A DNA stretch of 64,000 nt from Podarcis liolepis. Lineage: Eukaryota. The notes below the pieces were generated by a model. That model did no database searches. It had not been told where the DNA came from and saw nothing but the letters and a program-made list of their open reading frames with translations. The first letter of the stretch is position 1. Each line of letters begins with the position of its first letter. Location of the stretch: NCBI GenBank assembly GCA_965112155.1, contig OZ218105.1. One strand, 5' to 3'. Below, piece after piece: positions 52,176 to 64,000 of the stretch. The position numbers and the translations under genes were made by a program.

Positions 52176-52408
52176 CAGTGGTACCTCAGGTTACATACGC
52201 TTCAGGTTACATACGCTTCAGGTTACAGACTCCGCTAACCCAGAAATATTAAGAACTTTGCTTCAGGATGAGAACAGAAATCATGCAGCGGCGGCGCAGC
52301 GGCAGCGGGAGGCCCCCATTAGCTAAAGTGGTGCTTCAGGTTAAGAACAGTTTCAGGTTAGGAACAGACCTCCGGAATGAATTATGTTCTTAACCTGAGG
52401 TACCACTG
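52176..52408. mobile_element. Tc1/mariner-superfamily MITE, family 2
   Basis: TIRs CAGTGGTACCTCAGGTTA / TAACCTGAGGTACCACTG with TA flanks and an internal TCAGGTTACATACGCT tandem. Confidence 0.9.
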
Positions 52409-52774
52409 TATAAGGCACAAGAGAAGACATTAGTTAGAAAGGGGAATAATTACACTTATTTGACTGACTGGATTTTAATCTATAGTACAATGCTTTAGAT
52501 TATTAATCTTGTAAGATTAATTTTGTTGTACTGATATATTTTATGTTTAAGATTATTTTAATTTCCTTATTGTTTTGTATCATTTCCTATGTCAACTTGG
52601 GGTATGTGGATTTTATATGGAAGTGCTAATTCACTTTGCCTTTCCTTATATTAAAAGTTTCCTTTCATTACTCTCAATACATTGCTATGGTCTGTGACTA
52701 TCACAATGCATTCATTCATGACAGGCCGAGGCGTGAGCTTTGGGCTAGTGATGTTCCAGTTCAAAAAGCAGAAA

Positions 52775-52926
52775 GGTCATAGCTCAGTGGTAGAGCATCT
52801 GCTTTTCCTTCAAAAGGTTCAAAGTTCAATCCTCAGAATCCTGAGGTAGGAAAGCGAAGGTCTTCTGTATGAAGACCTGGAGAGCTGTTGCTAGTTAGTG
52901 TGGACAGTACTGAGCTTGATGGACCA
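52775..52926 (+). mobile_element. tRNA-derived squamate SINE (Squam3-like), degraded
   Basis: CATAGCTCAGTGGTAGAGCATCTGCTT A box, GTTCAATCC B box, body ...CCTGGAGAGCTG...TACTGAGCTTGATGGACCA. Confidence 0.7.
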
Positions 52927-53616
52927 AGTGTGTCCGTAGTCTTGAGGGAAACCCTAGTTTTACAGAAGTACAAAAAAACAAGAGAAGGTTGTTCAGAAAC
53001 TGATCAAAGACAGCAGAGCATGCTCAGTAGAAACACAATGCTCAATGCCTGTTGGAGGAGAAAAATATAAAACAGGGGAGGAGGAGGAATGAGATATTAT
53101 GGAAAAAGCTGGCTGAAACCAGACCCCACTTCTTACTCTGTAACATTCAAAGCACAATAATTCTTCAGTAAAGATCTCCAAAACCTCAGCTAAAAGTCTG
53201 AAGCAAGTCTGCAGATTTACAAATTGCACACACCTCGTCCCTTACATATGCCAAGAGACCCCACCATTTGCAGCATTGTGTTGGTTCTATAGGGACATTC
53301 AGCTGAATTCATGAAGATCAAGATTAGGGAAAGAGGGTAAAGTATATACAAATATTCAAAAGGGAATCAGAGGGAATGAAATGATTAATTAAACTATATT
53401 ACCTGTATATGCAGAGATGAAAGAGTAAACTGATTATTACAACATACTTTTAAATATTAAATCTCAGTAAAAAAAAATTGCACCAATTGTGTTGTAGCAG
53501 ATACTGCTCAAAAGAAAACTCTCCAAGATGAGTGAGCTTAAAATATATTAGTACTCTATTCATATGCAGGGAATGCAGAATCTGTTCACCATGTACTGTT
53601 TAAAAAAACAACTCAC

Positions 53617-56037
53617 CATATCAGCTCTACCCATCTCAGAAATTAGGATATTGCCTCCATTGGCAGTCAAAGGTGCATCAGACTGAGTGTTGCATGAAAT
53701 ATTCTCTGCAGTTTGAAGATTGGGTGTTGGAAAGGTGAACTCCTGTACCCTGGACTCAGAAGATAAGCACAGCTGATAGGAATAGGGCAATGTTCCTTCT
53801 TCATAGTTTGGTGGGAAAATGACTGTGTTGTTTGAATGGGGAACAGGAGCAAAACACTGCAGGAATTTGGGGTTCCCTGATCGCCGAATCTTCATGAGAA
53901 TGGCCAGAATTACTGTCAGGAGGAATAAGAAGGAGATCAAAGCTAAGGCCAGCACCAAGAAGAACTGCAGATCCGATTGATACTCGGAGTCACTGGGCTG
54001 GTGGCTAATTTCCGGAAGTGCCTCCTGGAAGTTCTCAGCAAACACCAGGTTGAGACTCACAGTAGCAGATAGTGGTGGCTGCCCATTATCCTTGACTAAG
54101 ATGATGAGCTTCTGCTTCACAGCATCTCTTTCCAGAAAAGCCCGTGAGGTCCTGATCTCCCCACTATGGGAACCAATTGAGAACAGCCCAGGTTCTGTTG
54201 CCTGGAGCAGATAGTAGGAGAGCCAAGCGTTGTGTCCAGAGTCAGCATCCACAGCCACCACCTTGGTCACCAGATAACCCTCCTCTGCTGAGCGAGGCAC
54301 CATCTCAAACAAGGAGGAGCCCTCTACTCCTTGAGAAGGGTAAAGAATCTGAGGGCTTTGGTCATTCTGGTCCAGAATGCACACTCTCACGGTGGCATTG
54401 CTGCTGAGGCGGGGGGAGCCTCCATCTTCGGCCCTCACCTCCACTTGAAACTCCCTGACTTGCTCATAGTCAAAGGAGCGCTGAGCATAGATAGTGCCAG
54501 TCTCAGAATTAATGGAGAGGAAGGATGAGAGAGGCAGCCCCTCAGTGATGCTGTTGCGAATGGAGTAGGTGATTTGAGCATTCTGGTCCACATCTGGGTC
54601 GGAGGCTTTGACCCTGAAAATGGAGGAGCCTGAAGGATTGTTCTCTGGGACATAGGCAGTATAATAGGGTTTCTCAAAGACAGGGCAATTGTCATTGATG
54701 TCAGAGATCTGCAGTGTGATGGTTTTGTATGTGGAAAGAGGGGGGTTGCCTTTGTCTGTGGCTGTGACTGTGATATTGTACTCTGGAGTTCTTTCTCTGT
54801 CCAAGGGAGAATCTGTGAGAAGCTTATAATAATTATTGGAGGCTGATACCATTTTGAATGGCAAAGTGTGTTGTATGTCACAAGTAATCTTCCCATTATC
54901 TCCAGAGTCTCTATCATTTACATTGATAAGGGCTACCAGGGTTCCTACTGCAGAGTCTTCAGGGATGGGGCTGGATAAAGAGGCAAGAATCACTTCTGGG
55001 GCATTGTCATTCTCATCTAGGAGTGTTATTTCAACATTGCAGTGAGCTACTAATCCTCCCCCATCTCTTGCTTCCACTGCCATTGCATATCCTTCTGTTT
55101 CTTCAAAGTCCAGAGGCTCCTTAAGTGTTATTGTCCCATCTTGTGGATCCAGGTAGAATTTCTGGCGAGCAATTTCAGGGATATTACTAAAACTATAGTT
55201 TATCTGGGCATTTGAACCATCATCTCTATCTGTGGCTTTCACCTGGACCACTGATGACCCTTTGGGGGCATTTTCTTTCAGCTTGACCACATATACTTTT
55301 TGAGTGAAGACTGGTGGGTTGTCATTTGCATCAATGACGGTGATCCATATTTTGGCTGTTCCAGTTCTGGCAGGCTTCCCTCCATCCAGCGCCGTAAGGA
55401 TTAATTGGAAACGGCTTTCACTTTCCCGATCCAACTGTTTATTCAATACTAATTCTGCATATTTCTTTCCATCCTTTCTTTCTCTCACTTCCAGAATAAA
55501 ATACTGATTTGTGCTAAGGTTGTAATTCTGGAGAGAATTCACCCCAAGATCAGGATCTTCAGCTTGTTCAAGGAGAAACGTGGTGCCTTTTAAAGAGGAT
55601 TCACTTATCTCCAGCTTGATATCCCCATTTACAAAACGTGGTGCATGATCATTAATGTCTTGGATCTCTACAGTTATATGAAAAATATTCATAGGACTGT
55701 CAAGCACCACTTCAAAATTGATGGAGCAGAATGCAGTTTGACCACATAATTCCTCTCTATCAATCCTTTCCCTTACATACAGATTTCCATTTTCTGCACT
55801 GAGAGTAAAGTATTGCTTTTTACCTAGGGAAAGGATATGCAGATTGTAATTTCCTATTTTTCCATTATTCAGGCTCAGGTCTTTGGCCAGGTTTCCTACA
55901 ATGGATCCCTTTTCCATTTCCTCAGGGATAGAATAATGAATGTGCTCTGAGGCAATCTGACCACACAGAGAGAATAATAAGAGGAGAGGTACTTGCCTTC
56001 TTAGGGATCTGCTGCTATCTTTCTGTTTGCCGGCCAT
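53617..56037 (-). CDS. PCDHGB: Protocadherin gamma B-like variable exon 10 (807 codons)
   Basis: Track ORF 53560-56040 starts at GTG; ATG at 56037. Donor ATG|GTGAGT at 53617. Confidence 0.95.
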
Positions 56038-56293
56038 CACTCTTGCAGAGAAATGTGCTTTATCCTTTCTTTCTGTGATTAGTTAAATTGAGTAGTATTA
56101 AATCCCATTCACTCTGTAGAAGTGTTCAATAAAGAATCATGAACGAAGTCGGTAGCTGCTGCTGGATTTCTATACCTTGCAGTGGTTTTGTTCCTGTGTT
56201 CTGCTGTTTCCCGGCTCTGTAGTTTGTTCATGAGCAATCAAATTGCAAAAGCATCTGGTAGTGAATTCTCCACTCCTCCATGTGAACTATATT

Positions 56294-56333
56294 GGCCAAC
56301 AGTGACACTCTGAGTCTTAGATGGAGAACTGCA
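56294..56333 (-). promoter_or_regulatory. CSE / CTCF site of exon 10 (CACT variant)
   Basis: Identical to the exon 8 element, 257 bp upstream of the ATG. Confidence 0.85.
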
Positions 56334-58336
56334 AGATGTGTCTTTTCTTTTAAGTAAATAACATGTAAAGGATTTCTTGCCATTTTTAATCTTACATACA
56401 ATGATTCTCAGGTAGAGAATCTTTTGTGGTATGGTAAAAAATAATAATTAGAGTTTGGTTTCTGTGTTTTGAAATTAGGAGAAGCAACAACTCAACTTAA
56501 TTAGACAAAACTGACCTACAGAAAACAAGCAAATTATATATTTTAGAAATTATCCCTTTCCCAAGTAATTTATGTCATTTTCCCTACCTTATTACCCCTG
56601 AGTACTTAGGAATGATAGCTTCAAAATACCAGAGAAAATTGATTATTTTGTAATAAATATACAAGGGTGCTGAAAATTATTCCAGTCATTTAATTTGCCC
56701 CTACGGTGCTTTCACACTTTCATAGCAGCACATTTGGCATAGCTCATGGGGGTGCGCTTCAGAAAACTGAACTGACTGATTAGTGTCCTTGTCTGATAGT
56801 ACAGTTGTGCAATCATATTTTTCTGACAGTTAGAAACTATTCATCCATATAGGTACGTGTCAACGTATTTAACCCCAGGAAGTGGTTCTCAGACCTAATG
56901 AATTCTGAGTTTAAAAGTTATTTTCCCAAAATGTGCAATAAGGCCTTTGGAATCTTTGTGTCACACAAAATTTCCCCTCTAAGGTACCACAGTTCTACTT
57001 TCTATTGCACCAACTGTCTTGCTGGCAATCGTCTCCTCAACTACTTGCCAGTTGAGGCACTTAATCAGTCATGTAAGTAGCTGTGTTAGTTGACAGTGAT
57101 GTGAGTGATTCGGGATACCTGGAGAAATTCCTAATGTTTGGCAAGTTCTTTTCTTTTCTAAAGGCATTACTTGACTTATGCAACTCAGTCATATAATGAG
57201 AACAGCACTAAAAGTACAATGCTTACTCAAGATCATGCTACAGTTTTTCTTGGGAACTTAAATCCTCTCTCTCCCCACCCCTCAGGCTTTCCATAGGCTT
57301 CCCTCCCTACCCAGATCACACCCCTCAACCCCTCACTGGCCTTCTTCCATGCCCTCCTCAAGAACTTTTGCTGGCTGCAATGTGTCCTTGAACTAGGATA
57401 TTGCTGCTTGCCTGGCTGGAGGACTCACAGATCTATGGAAGTGGAGATATTGAAACCTCTGAATACTGCATGCTTGAAATGTGGTCTATTGTACAAAGGT
57501 AAGAGTCACAGCAATAAAATATCACGGTTAGAATGCTAAACAGTGGAATGCTAGATTACGTTGTGGAATACTAAAGCAGCACTTGACAAGGCATCATCTA
57601 GCACTGTTATGGCTACCTATATGTCCTGTAAAATCACTTACTATACTCTTCCCATGATGTAGAGAGAAGGAAAATGTAGTCTAGAATATTTGGCTCTGAT
57701 GTGAACACATTATTATGAGTAGAAGAGGAAAGCATGCAATATATGTTTTAATCCCTTGCATTGTAAATTGGTACACTCAGAGGAGGACTAGAAGATCTGT
57801 GTTTATTTTCTGAACTTCCAGATCAGTATTGTATTCTTTTGATGAAATTCTGAACAATATGGTGACATAGTTCAAGTGTGTGTGTCTTCCTCAGAAGTAG
57901 AACCTTTACAGTGCATGCGCATATTGCTTTGTTCAGTGAATGGGACCTTCATTTAAAAGCTTTCTCAGGATAGAGAGCTGAGCAAAATAATGGAGCTCCT
58001 TCTACACTGGGAGAAAGATTAAACACAAAAGTGACTATTTTGGAGCAGCTCTTAGTCTTCACCAAAATCACAGGTGTTTGGGACAAATATGTGCATGCTT
58101 GTGTGTGTGTGCAGGTGCACACACAAGTCCCATCCTCAACATTTCTGTGCATGCACATTCATTTCAAACCTCCTGCATTTGGCACACCTCCTTGCCTGAA
58201 TTCAGCCCCAAACTCTTAGCCTCAGCAACTTGACATCTACACAAAACACAGCTATGACATAAAATACAGGCAAATCCACAGTCTCTTCACTTGCTAACCG
58301 AACTTCTGTAGATAGAATAAATTAGAAGCACGTGAT

Positions 58337-59386
58337 TAACATAAAAATATAAGAAGAGCATGTTGGATCAGGCCAGTGTCCTATTTCAGAATATTATTTT
58401 CCTTGCGGCCAACTGGTTGCCTGCAGGAAGCCCAAAAGTGGGACCTGAGTGCAACAGCACTCTCCTCACTTCTGATTCCCCACAACTGGTATTCAGAGAC
58501 ATACTCTCTCTAACTATGGAGATAGAACCTAAACACCATTGCTAGCAGGCCATGAAATAATGTTGTACATGAATGTGTCCATTTCTCTTTTAAAATCACC
58601 CAGGTTAGTGGGCACCATTACCTCTCATGGGAACAAACTCCGCAGTTTAACTCAGGGCTGTGTGAAGAAGTATTTTCTGCTGTCTGTCCTGAATCTTCCA
58701 ACATTCAGCTTCATTGGATGTGTCTTAGTTTTAGTGTTATGTGGGGAAGGGGCACTTATCCATCCACACTTTCCATACAACGCATAATTATATACACCTA
58801 TACCATGTCTTCACTTAATTGCCTTTTCTCTAAGCTGTATCAAAGTAAATTAAAAGGGTGAATGGCTCCATCCCCTTGCCAATTTTGGTTCATATTTTCC
58901 AGCTCCACCTTACCTGTTTTTAGGTAAGTTGACCAGAACTATACACAGTATTCCAAAATTTATTTTCTTTTTTTTCACAGCTGCCTCATGCTATGTCAAC
59001 ATCTTCATCAAACTGTTCTCTATGACCCCAAGATCTCATTCCTGTTTAGTCCCCATAAGCATATAAGTGAAACAACAGTTCTTTTGGCCCACTTTACACT
59101 TGTTCACATTAAATTGCATTTGCCATTTTACTGCCCATTCACTCGGTGTGGTTTGGAGAGATCCTTTGCGAGCTCTTTGCAACCCCTTCTTGTTTTAACC
59201 ACTCTGAACTATTTGGGATTAGCAAACTTGGCTACATCATGGTTCACTCCTAATTTTAGATCATTTATGAACAAGTTTAAAAGCTCAATACTGATTCTTG
59301 GAGGATTATACCTTCTACATCTCTCCATAAGGAGAATCGTCACTTTATTCCTACTCTCCACTTACCAATCTCCTCTTATTCCATAA
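58337..59386 (-). mobile_element. Degraded CR1 LINE 3' portion (duplicate of 46020-47060)
   Basis: Near-identical copy carried within duplication B. Confidence 0.75.
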
Positions 59387-59473
59387 CTGCTAAAATAGAA
59401 TATAAAATTCTGCAGAAATGCGGGGAAGAGTATCAAAGGTGCAATACAAATAAATCCTGACCATAAAGCTTAC

Positions 59474-61894
59474 CTCTTCATCCTTAGCCTTTTCAGAATG
59501 AAAATTGTTTCCACTGTTGCCTGTAAAAGGCACATCAGGTTTCCCACCGCTAACAATATTGTCTACCATCTGAACATTGGGTGTCAGGAAGGCAAACTCA
59601 TTCTTCCTGGTCTCAGAAGACAGACACAGCTGGTAGGAATAGGGCAAAGTCCCATCTTCAAAGTTGGGTGGGAAGATGGCACCATTCTTGGAATGGGGAA
59701 CAGGACCAAAGCACTGTAGGAACCTGGGATGCCCTGACTGACGGAGCTTCATTGTAACGGCCAGAATGACAGTCAAGAGGAACAAGAAGGAGATCACAGC
59801 TAAGGCCAGCACCAAGTAGAACTGCAGGTCAGACTGATACTCCGAGCTGCTGGGTTGGCTCTTCATTTCCGGAAGGGCCTCCTGAAAGTTCTCAGCAAAC
59901 ACCAGGTTCAGAGTCATGGTGGCCGAGAGAGACGGCTGCCCGTTATCCTTCACCATAATGACCAGTCTCTGTTTCACAGCGTCTCTCTCCACAAAGGCCC
60001 TGGCCGTCCTGATCTCTCCAGTATGAGAACCAACCGTGAAGAGTGCCGGCTCAGTGGCCTGAGTCAGGTGGTAGGAGAGCCAGGCGTTGTGTCCAGAATC
60101 TGCATCCACGGCCACCACCTTGGTGACAAGATAATCTGCCTCGGCCGAACGAGGCACCATCTCAAACAAGGCTGAGCCCTTGGCTTCTTGTGAGGGGGAC
60201 AGGATACGAGGGCTGTTATCATTCCTGTCAAGAACAAACACCCTGACGGTCACATTGCTGCTGAGAGGCGGAGAACCCCCATCTTGGGCCTTCACTTGCA
60301 GCCGGAACTCTCTGAATTGTTCATAGTCAAAGGATCTCTGGGCATAGATGGTGCCAGTCTCAGAATTAATGGAGATATAGGAGGAGATAGGAAGCTCCTC
60401 AATGTTGCTGTTGAGGATGGAGTATGTAATCCGTGAGTTCTGGTCCATATCGGGATCAGAGGCTTTGATGGTGAAAATGGAGGCACCTGAAGGATTGTTT
60501 TCTGGCACATAGATGCTGTAGGTTGATCTCTGAAAAGCAGGGGCATTATCATTGATATCTGAGATCTGTAGTGAGATTGTTTTGTGTGTGGAAAGAGGTG
60601 GAGTTCCTTTATCAGTGGCTGTGATTGTAATATTATATGCAGGAGCTATTTCTCTGTCCAGGAGACTGTCTGTCTGGAGCTTGAAGTAATTGTTAGATGA
60701 GGGAAGAATTTTGAAGGGTAAATCATCTTGTAAGTAGCAAGTGACCTTTCCATTATCTCCACTATCTTTGTCATTTACATTGATCAGAGCAATGACAGTT
60801 CCTGGCAGCGAATCTTCAGGAACAGGACTGAACATGGAGGCTAACGTCACTTCTGGGGCATTATCATTCCCATCAAGAACATTTATTTCAATGTTGCAGT
60901 GTGTCACCAATCCACCTCCATCCTTTGCTGCTGCTGTCATAGTATATCTTCTTGTCTCCTCAAAATCCAACATCTGCAGAAGGGAGATTATGCCATCAAC
61001 TGGATCCAGGCCAAATTTCTTTTGTCCATTCACTGGAATGTTGCTGAATTCATATCTGATCTGGGCGTTTAAACCATCATCTTTGTCAGAGGCTACAACT
61101 TGGAGCACAAAGGACCCAACAGGAGCTTCTTCATGCACACTGACCTTGTACACTTCTTGAGTGAAAACTGGTGGGTTGTCATTGGCATCTGTGACATTAA
61201 TCCATATCTGGGCAGTCCCCGTTTTTCTGGGTCCCCCCCCATCCAAGGCTGTAAGGATCAAGTGAAGAGAGTGCTCACTTTCCCGATCCAAAGATTTCTG
61301 CAACACCAGTTCTGCATTTTTACTTCCATCTTCCATTTCTCTAACTTCCAAAGTGAAGTACCGATTGGTGCTCAACTGGTAATTCTGGAGGGAATTCATC
61401 CCAATGTCAGGATCTTCAGCTTTCCCAAGGAGAAATCGTGCGCCTGGCAAAGTGGATTCAATTATCTCCAAGTTGATGTTATCATTGGGAAACAGTGGTG
61501 CATTATCATTAATGTCCTGAATTGCTATAGTTAAATGGAAGATATTGAGGGGATTTTCAACTACCACTTCAAAATTTAGTACGCAAATGGGAGTTATGTC
61601 ACATAGCTGCTCCCTATCTATTCTGTCACTTACATAGAGGTTTCCATTCTCTGCATTAATACTGAAAAACTGCATTTTGTTCACAGAGACAGCATGCAGA
61701 TTGCGCTTTGCAAGATCTCTTGTATTCAGTCCCAAATCCTTGGCAAGATTCCCCACAATCGAACCCTTTGTCATCTCCTCAGGGATAGAATAACGAATCT
61801 GCTCTGAGGCAGCCCAGCAGGAGAAAGGCAAAAGTAAGAGAAGCAGTACTTGCCTTCTGAGCGCTCTGCCATTGTCGTCGTGTCTTCTGTCCAT
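59474..61894 (-). CDS. PCDHGB: Protocadherin gamma B-like variable exon 11 (807 codons)
   Basis: ORF 59390-61894. Donor GAG|GTAAGC at 59474. Confidence 0.95.
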
Positions 61895-62154
61895 CTGGCT
61901 TTACAACAAATTAGCTGCTTCCTTTTGCAGATCAGATCAAAGCCCCATCAAGGTGCAGGATCACCATAAGGAAAAATAAGCTGCCTTTCTTCTTAATGTT
62001 TATAGAAAGTAGTTGAATTTTCTTTTCCTTTCTAGCAGGATTGCTCTGTCTTTGTGATGTGCTGCTTGTCCAACTTGCACAGCAATGATTAAACAGTTGC
62101 TCCTTAGGAAACACATGCGTGGATCTTTTCTCTTATCAGTCTGGCTGCCACACT

Positions 62155-62194
62155 GGCCAACAGTGACACCCTGAGGCTCAGATGGAGAACTACA
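62155..62194 (-). promoter_or_regulatory. CSE / CTCF site of exon 11 (CACT variant)
   Basis: Identical to the exon 9 element, 261 bp upstream of the ATG. Confidence 0.85.
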
Positions 62195-63019
62195 ATGGAT
62201 TTTTCTCATTTAGTTGAAAATAGAACAGCAGTTTGGGTATTATATTTTGGAATGTGAAGGAGAAACATCCCAATGCTAAGAGGTGTTCAGCAATGGAGCT
62301 GCTTTGCTGCAGTTATTCAAGCAGAGTCTGGACAGTCATATATTGGGGATTCTCTCTTTCCTGCAGGACTTGGCATTGGGGTGGGAATCTCCTCTGATAG
62401 GATTCTGTGTTTCTCCAAGTGCAACTTTCCTTGTATAAAAGGATCTGCTTCCACAATTTATGCTCCAACATTTCTTTTTTCCTTTCTATTTTTGAATTAC
62501 CTCTTCAGCGGCTTTTACTTTAAGGGGTTTTACTACAGTGACTGTTGCACTGTTTTGTCTGGATATAATTTGTACTAAAAGAGAAACTTGACTAAGCTTC
62601 ATAGAATGAATGGAAACTAGAACTACGGCACTGATATCCCAGCACTGATATACCATTGATCTTATTTTGCATTTCCCTGATAGAAACATGGGCAATTGTT
62701 ACTGATATCTGTGATTTCTGCTTTGATGCCAAAGATATAATCTCAAAATGTAACAGATAATTTTACCCAATCACAGATCTCTTGCTTTTTTCAGTTTTAT
62801 TAGAAGGGATTCCCCCCCCCCCCAATAAATCAGAATAAACCAATGAGTTGACAATGATCTCAGCTGTCCTATAGAACACAAACATAAACCAAAGTGTGTC
62901 AAACGAAAACAAAACAAACACAGATAGGGTTTTTTAGTGTTTGATTAGAAACCAGAGCTTTTGCTCTCCTATTCTTGTTAGTTTCTTCCTTCCTCCTAAA
63001 AAACAACAACATTGGCTTT

Positions 63020-63570
63020 GAGAAAGAAAAGGTGTTAGCAGGTGACAATAGTTTTGTTGGCCATCATTCAGCTGAACACTAAGCCTAGGCACTAGTCCAG
63101 GGCTTGCACAACCGCTTCTGATTTAGAAGTTACAGAGAAGTAGAGCTCAGCATCATCAGCATGCTGATGACACCTTGCCCCAAATTGCTCAATGACTATC
63201 TCCAGAGGCTTCATATATAGATGTTAAACAGCACTGAAGACAAAATGGTACCCTGTGGCACCCACCAGCACAACTGCCAGCGGGCTCAAAGACAATCACC
63301 CAAGGTTGTTTTCAGAAACCAACTCTGGAAATAGAACCAGAACCATTGTTAAACAGTGTCTCCAGTACCCATCCCATTAAGTCAGTTCAGAAAGATATAA
63401 AGGTAATTGTGTCAAAAGCCACTGAGAAAGAAATCAGGTAAGGTTAACAGGATTATACTTCCCCTGTACTTCTCCTAGTAAAGATCACCCATCAGTGACA
63501 AAGGTCAATTCAGACCCATAACCGAGGCCTGAAAGCAGATTGAAATGGGCCAAGATAATCTGTTTTGTTC
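63020..63570 (-). mobile_element. Degraded L2 RT fragment (duplicate, with a ~125-bp deletion)
   Basis: Copy of 50690-51360 lacking 50717-50841. Confidence 0.72.
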
Positions 63571-64000
63571 AAGAGTACTTGTATCGTCACTTCTGACATT
63601 GTGGTCTGACATTGTGGCTCCTTGTGATATTCAAGTCAACTAGCAGTTACAACGTTATCCTAAAGCAAATCTTTGAAAGACAGGTATGTATCCCTCAGTC
63701 AGCATTCCTTCTCCCCTTTCCCTACTCCATCCCAACACCAGAGCACATTAGTTTCCCCCCACCTATATTTTATGAATAAGAACAAATCAGTGTGCCTTCT
63801 TGACATATCAATTCCAGGATTTAATGATCCCCCGTGGCATTATTTCATGGGCAATATTAGATTCACTTACTGTGTGCTACAAAGGTTTCCCCTTCTCAAA
63901 CACTAGTTACCATGGGTGGTATCCAGTGTTCTAGACCCAAGTAGAGCTAAATAGTATCTACATTATACAATTCCACATATTATACAAAATCTATATGCTA

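Larger units (their letters stand above)
53711..64000. repeat. Segmental tandem duplication B, copy 2 (continues past the right edge)
   Basis: See copy 1. ATG offsets are 12316 and 12326 bp. Confidence 0.93.

Noticed and set aside
52775-52850. tRNA-like sequence (also 32680-32748 and 21400-21460)
   Set aside because: No intact cloverleaf, and each continues into SINE body or tail, so these are SINE heads.
1-64000. Pcdhg constant exons, C-type exons, or alpha-type exonic CTCF sites and antisense promoters
   Set aside because: No QAPPNTDWRFSQAQRPG-type coding sequence or C-type exon seen. A second exonic CTCF site could not be supported by eye.

Overview
Vertebrate genomic DNA, probably a squamate lizard and possibly a lacertid (inferred from the Sauria-type SINE, Bov-B, CR1 and MITE content). 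The window is part of the variable region of the clustered protocadherin gamma (Pcdhg) locus, transcribed on the minus strand. It holds 11 large variable first exons: 10 complete at about 2.4 kb and 1 cut by the left edge. Each complete exon encodes signal peptide, EC1-EC6, TM and a variable cytoplasmic tail and ends in a phase-0 GT donor. Each exon has a 40-bp CSE/CTCF promoter element about 220-275 bp upstream of its ATG. Ten exons are gammaB-like and one is gammaA-like. The shared constant exons are not in the window and should lie beyond the left edge. The array was built by two ~12-kb two-gene tandem duplications with boundaries inside exons, plus gene-conversion homogenisation of the 3' exon halves. 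Spacers contain MITEs, SINEs, LINE fragments, a solo LTR and microsatellites. The overall system is well known and I found no wholly new gene system. The most notable points are loss of the CGCT-box CpG in 8 of 11 promoters, chimeric and patch-converted exons, and a solo LTR with a strong splice donor just upstream of one promoter.
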